From Macrostomum lignano (Eukaryota): 64,000 nucleotides of DNA. The stretch lies in contig NIVC01002960.1 of assembly GCA_002269645.1 (NCBI GenBank), forward strand, positions 1 through 64,000. The letters run 5' to 3'. A program made the position numbers and the translations under genes. Each line of letters begins with the position of its first letter. Position 1 is the first letter of the stretch. Shown here piece after piece: positions 59,400 through 64,000 of this stretch. The notes under the pieces were generated by a model. It worked only from the letters and a program-made list of their open reading frames with translations. It was not told where the DNA came from and made no database searches.

Positions 59400-62300
59400 T
59401 GCCAGCGACTACCTGGTGTCTGCAGATCAACACCCAGCACTGCGTGGCGGCGTCGGTCAACCTGATGCGCACGGCAGAGCAACAGCTTCCGGGCCTGGTC
59501 TTCGTACAGGAGCCCTGGATGACTAAAGGTAAGCCAAATAATGTGCCATCTGGCTACCACTGTTTTTGCATGGCGGGCTCTCAGCCTCGCCCAAGATCTC
59601 TGGTCTTTGCTGCAAAAGCTTTTGAGGCATGGATGAGACCTGATCTCTCGACTGGGGACATCTGTGTTGTTCAAATCAATAACCTCATTCCCAATAAACC
59701 TGTGCTGGTAGCTTCTGCCTATTTCCCGGGCGATGCCCCAGTTGTCTGCGACGCGTTAGTCAACCTTACTGACTATGCTGCGTCCCATCGGTTCGAGCTG
59801 CTCATTGCAGGGGATGTGAACGCACACCACCTGCATTGGGGCAGCAAGAACATCAATAGCAGAGGCGAGGAGCTGCTGGCCTATGTCAGCAGCACTAACC
59901 TCAACTTCTGTAACGTGGGCAATGCACCAACGTTCAATAATGGGCGGTGGGCCGAAGTCATCGACACCACCATCGCCTCACCCGGACTGCTTTCCGCAGT
60001 TACGGGCTGGCGAGTGTGGGACGAGGACTCGCTCTCGGACCACCGCTTTATCCGCTTTTGCATTGGGCCGACCAAGCAAAAGCCTAAGGTCACTTGGAGT
60101 CGGAACGTCAGGAACACCGATTGGGCCGCCTTTGGCTCGAAGCTGAGCCGCGGCCTTCGGGATCTTGACCCCCCAGTGACCTCTCTGACTGCCAGGTGGT
60201 GGACGATCTCGCCTCCTCCCTGGGCGGGGCGATCACCACTGCCTTTGAAGCAGCCTGCCCCTAAAGGCCTATAAAGGCAAGAAATCTGCTCCCTGGTGGA
60301 ACCCAGAGCTCGGGGCCCTTCGGCGCCGAGCCAGGACCCTCCAAAGGCGAGCGCTCAAAACCAAAGACCCATCTGACAGAGAGGCCTATACCCGTGCGAT
60401 CCACGAGTTTAAGGGCCAAGTCAGAAGGGCCAAGACGGCCAAGTGGCGCCAATATTGCGAAGGGCTTGAGGGCTCTCGCCCCGTAGCCCGCGTGGTTAAG
60501 GCACTCACTAATGACCGTTTTTCTAAACTCTCTGTTGTGAAGAGACCTGACGGCTCGGTCACAGAGAGTTCGGAAGAGACTCTAGAGCTCATGCTCAACA
60601 GTTTTTTCCCTAAATCTCCGACTCAGCAGGGCCCGCCCGACCACACAGTGGGAGGGCAAGGCCTAGCAAAGTCTATGATCACCAAAGACCGCATTATTAG
60701 AGCGGCAAGGTCCTTTAACCCGTTCAAGGCGCCTGGGCCCGACGGCATCTACCCAGCGTTCTTGCACGAGGCGGTGAAAAACCACCGCTTCCTGGACCTG
60801 CTCTGTCGTCTCCTTCGAGCTTGTATGGAGCTGGGCTATGTACCAGTTGCATGGAGAGAGGCCCGGGTGGTCTTTATCCCCAAGCCTGGAAAGAGCGACT
60901 ACCAATCGGTGAAGGCCTTCAGGCCTATCAGCCTCACTTCTTTCTGCCTCAAGCTCCTCGAGAGACTGGTGCTTTGGCGCCTACTTTCGGTCGAGCTGAA
61001 GCGCTTCCCACTCTCGCAGAACCAGCACGCCTTCCGCGCGGGCAGGTCAACCGAGAGTGCTCTCCATGTCATTGTTGACTTCCTGGAGAGGGCCGTTCTT
61101 GGCAGCGGCTTTGCCCTCTCGCTTTTCCTGGACATTGAGGGGGCCTTCGACAACGTCATCTTCGAGGCCTTTTGCAGAGCCCTGGAATCCAGGGCCACGC
61201 ACCCTCACCTTGTCCGGTGGATCATGTTCATGATCCGAAACCGCACTGTTGTGGCCCACCTGAGCGGCAGCTCTCTTTCGGTGCCTGTCCTGAAAGGGGG
61301 CCCCCAGGGCGGCGTTCTCACCCCCGTTCTCTGGAACATGGTCATGGATGAGTTGCTTTGCAGTGATCTCCACGACCCCATTCTCAAGGTGGGCTATGCC
61401 GATGATGTGACCGCGATATGCGCGGGCCCCTCGGTTGATACCATCAGAGACCTTCTGCAGGGCTTTCTGGGACGAGCGGAGCGTTGGGCAGACCAATGTG
61501 GCCTTAGACTCTCAGAGTCGAAAACCACAGCAGTCATGTTTACCAACAAACTGCTCTGGACCATTAAGCCCCTCACCCTCTATGGAAAGAATATTTCCAT
61601 GGAGAAGCAGGTCCGCTGCCTGGGCCTCACTCTGGACCACAGGCTTAACTGGACTCCGCACATTCAAACTAAAGCCAAAAAAGCCCTGGCTGTACTGGCT
61701 CAGATCAGGCGCGCCGTGGGCACCACCTGGGGGCTCACCCCCAGGAAGCTGTGGTGGATTTACACTGCCATCATCCGCCCCTCGATCAGTTACGCCAGCC
61801 TCGTGTGGGCTAGCGGCCTGAGCGTCAAGAGCAACCTCGACGCTCTCTACAAAATCCAGGGCAGAGCCTGCCGCATGACTATGGGCGCTCCACCCTCTAC
61901 TCCTTTTGAAGGCATGAATGCCTTCCTCTGTGCCCCTCCTTTGGATATTTATATCAAAGGAGAGGCGGCGAAGAGCACCCGGCGTCTTCTGGATGCTGGG
62001 GTGGCCTTCAAGAAAGTGCGGGCCTTTAAGAAGCGGTCGCTTATCCCGCACTCTGACCTCTGCCTCAAGGCTCTCGAGGAGTGTGGCGGGCTCAACATCC
62101 TCACGGACTCGATCCCAGCCACCCTTCTCCTGAGCCAAAGGTATAAGGTCACCATTCAGCCTCGACACGAGGCGAGTGACAGCTGGAGCGACTCTGAAGT
62201 CCACTGTTACACTGACGGCTCTATGAGGCATGGTCTTTCAGGCTTCGGAGCTTGCGTCTTCTTCAAGGGAGAAGTGGTGTGGAGCTACTCCCAGCACACT

Positions 62301-63105
62301 GGGCTCAACTCCAGTGTTTTTCAGAGCGAGGTGCTTGCCATCAGCTCCTGCGCGGCAGAGCTGCGCCGAAGGCAGCTTAGCGGCCGGAAATTTATTTTTC
62401 ACTCTGACAGCCAAGCAGCCCTTCGGGCCCTCTGCCGCAGCACCGCCAGCTCCAGGTCCGTCCTGGACTGCAACACCCAGCTCAACGGGCTTGCGCTAGG
62501 CAACCAGGTGGAGCTCAGATGGATCCCGGGCCACGCCGGCTTCCTCGGCAACGAGCGCGCTGACCTGCTGGCCAAGGCTGGCTCCGCCGGCGCGCTATTG
62601 GGGCCGGGCCCGGGTGCCCCCATCCCCGCCTCGGTGATCAATTCCCGCGTTAAGCGCTGGGCTGACTCCGAGCATCTCCGCAGGTGGCACGACACCCGGA
62701 ATTGTAGGCAATCCCGTGCTGCCGTCCCCTGTCCCTCTCCTCTCCTGCGTAGAGCCCTCCTCAGTCCTCAGGCTCAACCGCAGAGACCTCAGAGCAGTTA
62801 GCATGGCCCTCTCCGGGCATGGCTGCTTCTCTCGCCACCGCTTCCTTCAGGGCCAAGTACCCGAGGAGCGGTGCCCCTTCTGCCGCTCAGGCAGTGAAAA
62901 CGCCGAGCATTTTATCTGCCACTGCCCGGTTTTCACCAGGGCCAGGCTTACTCACCTCGGGCCAAACCCGGTTCTCTCCGACGTTTGCAGGCCCGAGAGC
63001 ATCCCGCTGCTCGCCCGGTACCTCAGGGACACCGGACGAGCTGATTTCTTCCCCACCGTCGGTGAGGAGGACCGCGCTGCAGGCGAGACCGACGGGTCCC
63101 CCTGA
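59396..63105 (+). CDS. LINE ORF2 (APE endonuclease, RT, RNase H, CCHC knuckle), ~1,234 aa after correcting three frameshifts
   Basis: QINTQH, VQEP, GDVNAHH, SDHRFI (APE); KAPGPDG, FRPISL, LDIEGAFD, GPQGGVLTP, YADD (RT); YTDGS, QSEVLAI, SDSQAAL, WIPGH..NERAD (RNase H); CPFC..EHFICHCP. Breaks at 60169-60174 (-1 C), 60258-60261 (-1 C) and 62758-62771 (+7 duplication). Confidence 0.92.
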
Positions 63106-63824
63106 GCGACACCACTTCAACGGAAGTCGTTGGTCGCCAGGGGCTAGCGGAATGGGCGGTCTCCTCCGCCTCCTCGCTGCATCCGCCGGACGCCCCCTGC
63201 AGCTAAGTCAAGTAAGTCAAGTCAAGAGGCGTTTGGAATGCAATTAAGAACGCATCTGCGGGCGGTGCCAGGCTTGTTAGTGCAGCAGATAAAACAGGAA
63301 AAGTGCATTTCGGGTCGGGCGGCTCGTTTTTTTCATCCAGACGCCCGCCCAAACGCAGGAAAAGCCGCACGATACAACGCTGATATGGCCGCACCTGAAT
63401 CCTTCGCGTAGACGTACAGCAGGGACGCGGAAAACGGCGGCTGCTGCCTGGAGCTCTGCAGGCGGGTTGGGTTGGTGGGTGGAATTGATGGGTGCTGCTT
63501 TCCTGCCACAGCATGCTAACCTGACGCAAGAGGCCGGGAAAAGCCTTCGCATCAGTAGCGCGCTAGGCACTGATCTACGAGGAGGCGAGTGGTAGGTATG
63601 CACAGTGCCCTTGGGATCTGCTTTGCTATCGCTTCGGAAGATTATCGTTCAAATGTCAGGAGGCGGTGGTCAGGCCAATAAGGAACGCAATTAGTCTAGT
63701 AGTGCCAATATTAGTCCTGCTTTCAGCCCTGACTCCAGCTGCAGTACTTATACAGCCTGTACTATTCACTCAAATTACCTATACTCATGAACTAAATATA
63801 TGGACTGTACGCTGCCTTAATTAT

Positions 63825-64000
63825 TCACTCTAGTATTCACTCTACTATTCACACTACTATTCACTCTACTATTCATTCTACCATTCACTCTACTATTTAC
63901 ACTACTTTTCACCCTACTATTCATTCTACTATTCACTCTATTATTCACTCTACTATGCACTCTACTATTCACTCTACTATTCACTCTACTATTCACTCTA
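63825..64000. repeat. Minisatellite, 12-bp unit TATTCACTCTAC, truncated by window end
   Basis: About 14 units. Confidence 0.93.

Larger units (their letters stand above)
57399..63225 (+). mobile_element. Full-length non-LTR retrotransposon (APE-RT-RNase H; R1/LOA-like), probably intronic and antisense to the Ig-like receptor gene
   Basis: Target-site duplication GAGGCGTTTG at 57389-57398 and 63226-63235; two ORFs; (TAAGTCAAG)-type tail. Confidence 0.93.

Noticed and set aside
63160-63210. HDV-like ribozyme suggested by GCC-TCCTCGC-TGC
   Set aside because: The L3-like heptamer is present, but P3 has a mismatch, no P1/P2 could be completed, the heptamer is shortened in the 52-kb copy, and it is at the 3' end

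Overview
This is metazoan nuclear DNA, not prokaryotic. It has GC-rich exons, short GT-AG introns, a different minisatellite in most larger introns, and TTAGGG-type repeats; this pattern fits a free-living flatworm such as Macrostomum, but the taxon is inference only. I assembled five protein-coding genes by hand, and exon phases are consistent once the noted indels are corrected. They are: (1) an intronless ~8-TM protein (1369-2439, -); (2) a 22-exon, ~3,670-aa secreted hemolectin/gel-forming-mucin-like protein (9982-30998, +); (3) mitoguardin (34081-36728, -); (4) RNF32 (38221-49096, -); (5) a 5'-incomplete type I receptor with five Ig-like repeats (53890-56909, -). Mobile DNA comprises a full-length RNase H-bearing LINE (R1/LOA-like, 57399-63225, 10-bp TSD), a decayed relative near 52 kb, two head-to-tail non-autonomous Helitrons in an RNF32 intron, a MITE, and a dispersed SINE-like element. 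Most long ORFs in the supplied track are minisatellite or antisense artefacts. I see no clear new multi-gene system. The best novelty candidates are: a covarying multi-stem 3' RNA element shared by two diverged LINEs; a dispersed repeat with compensatory stem changes; exon-restricted mosaic homogenisation of mucin WxxW cassettes; a ~1.3-kb CpG-free, TpA-rich zone; and minisatellites seeded from a splice donor and a stop codon. All counts and alignments were done by eye.
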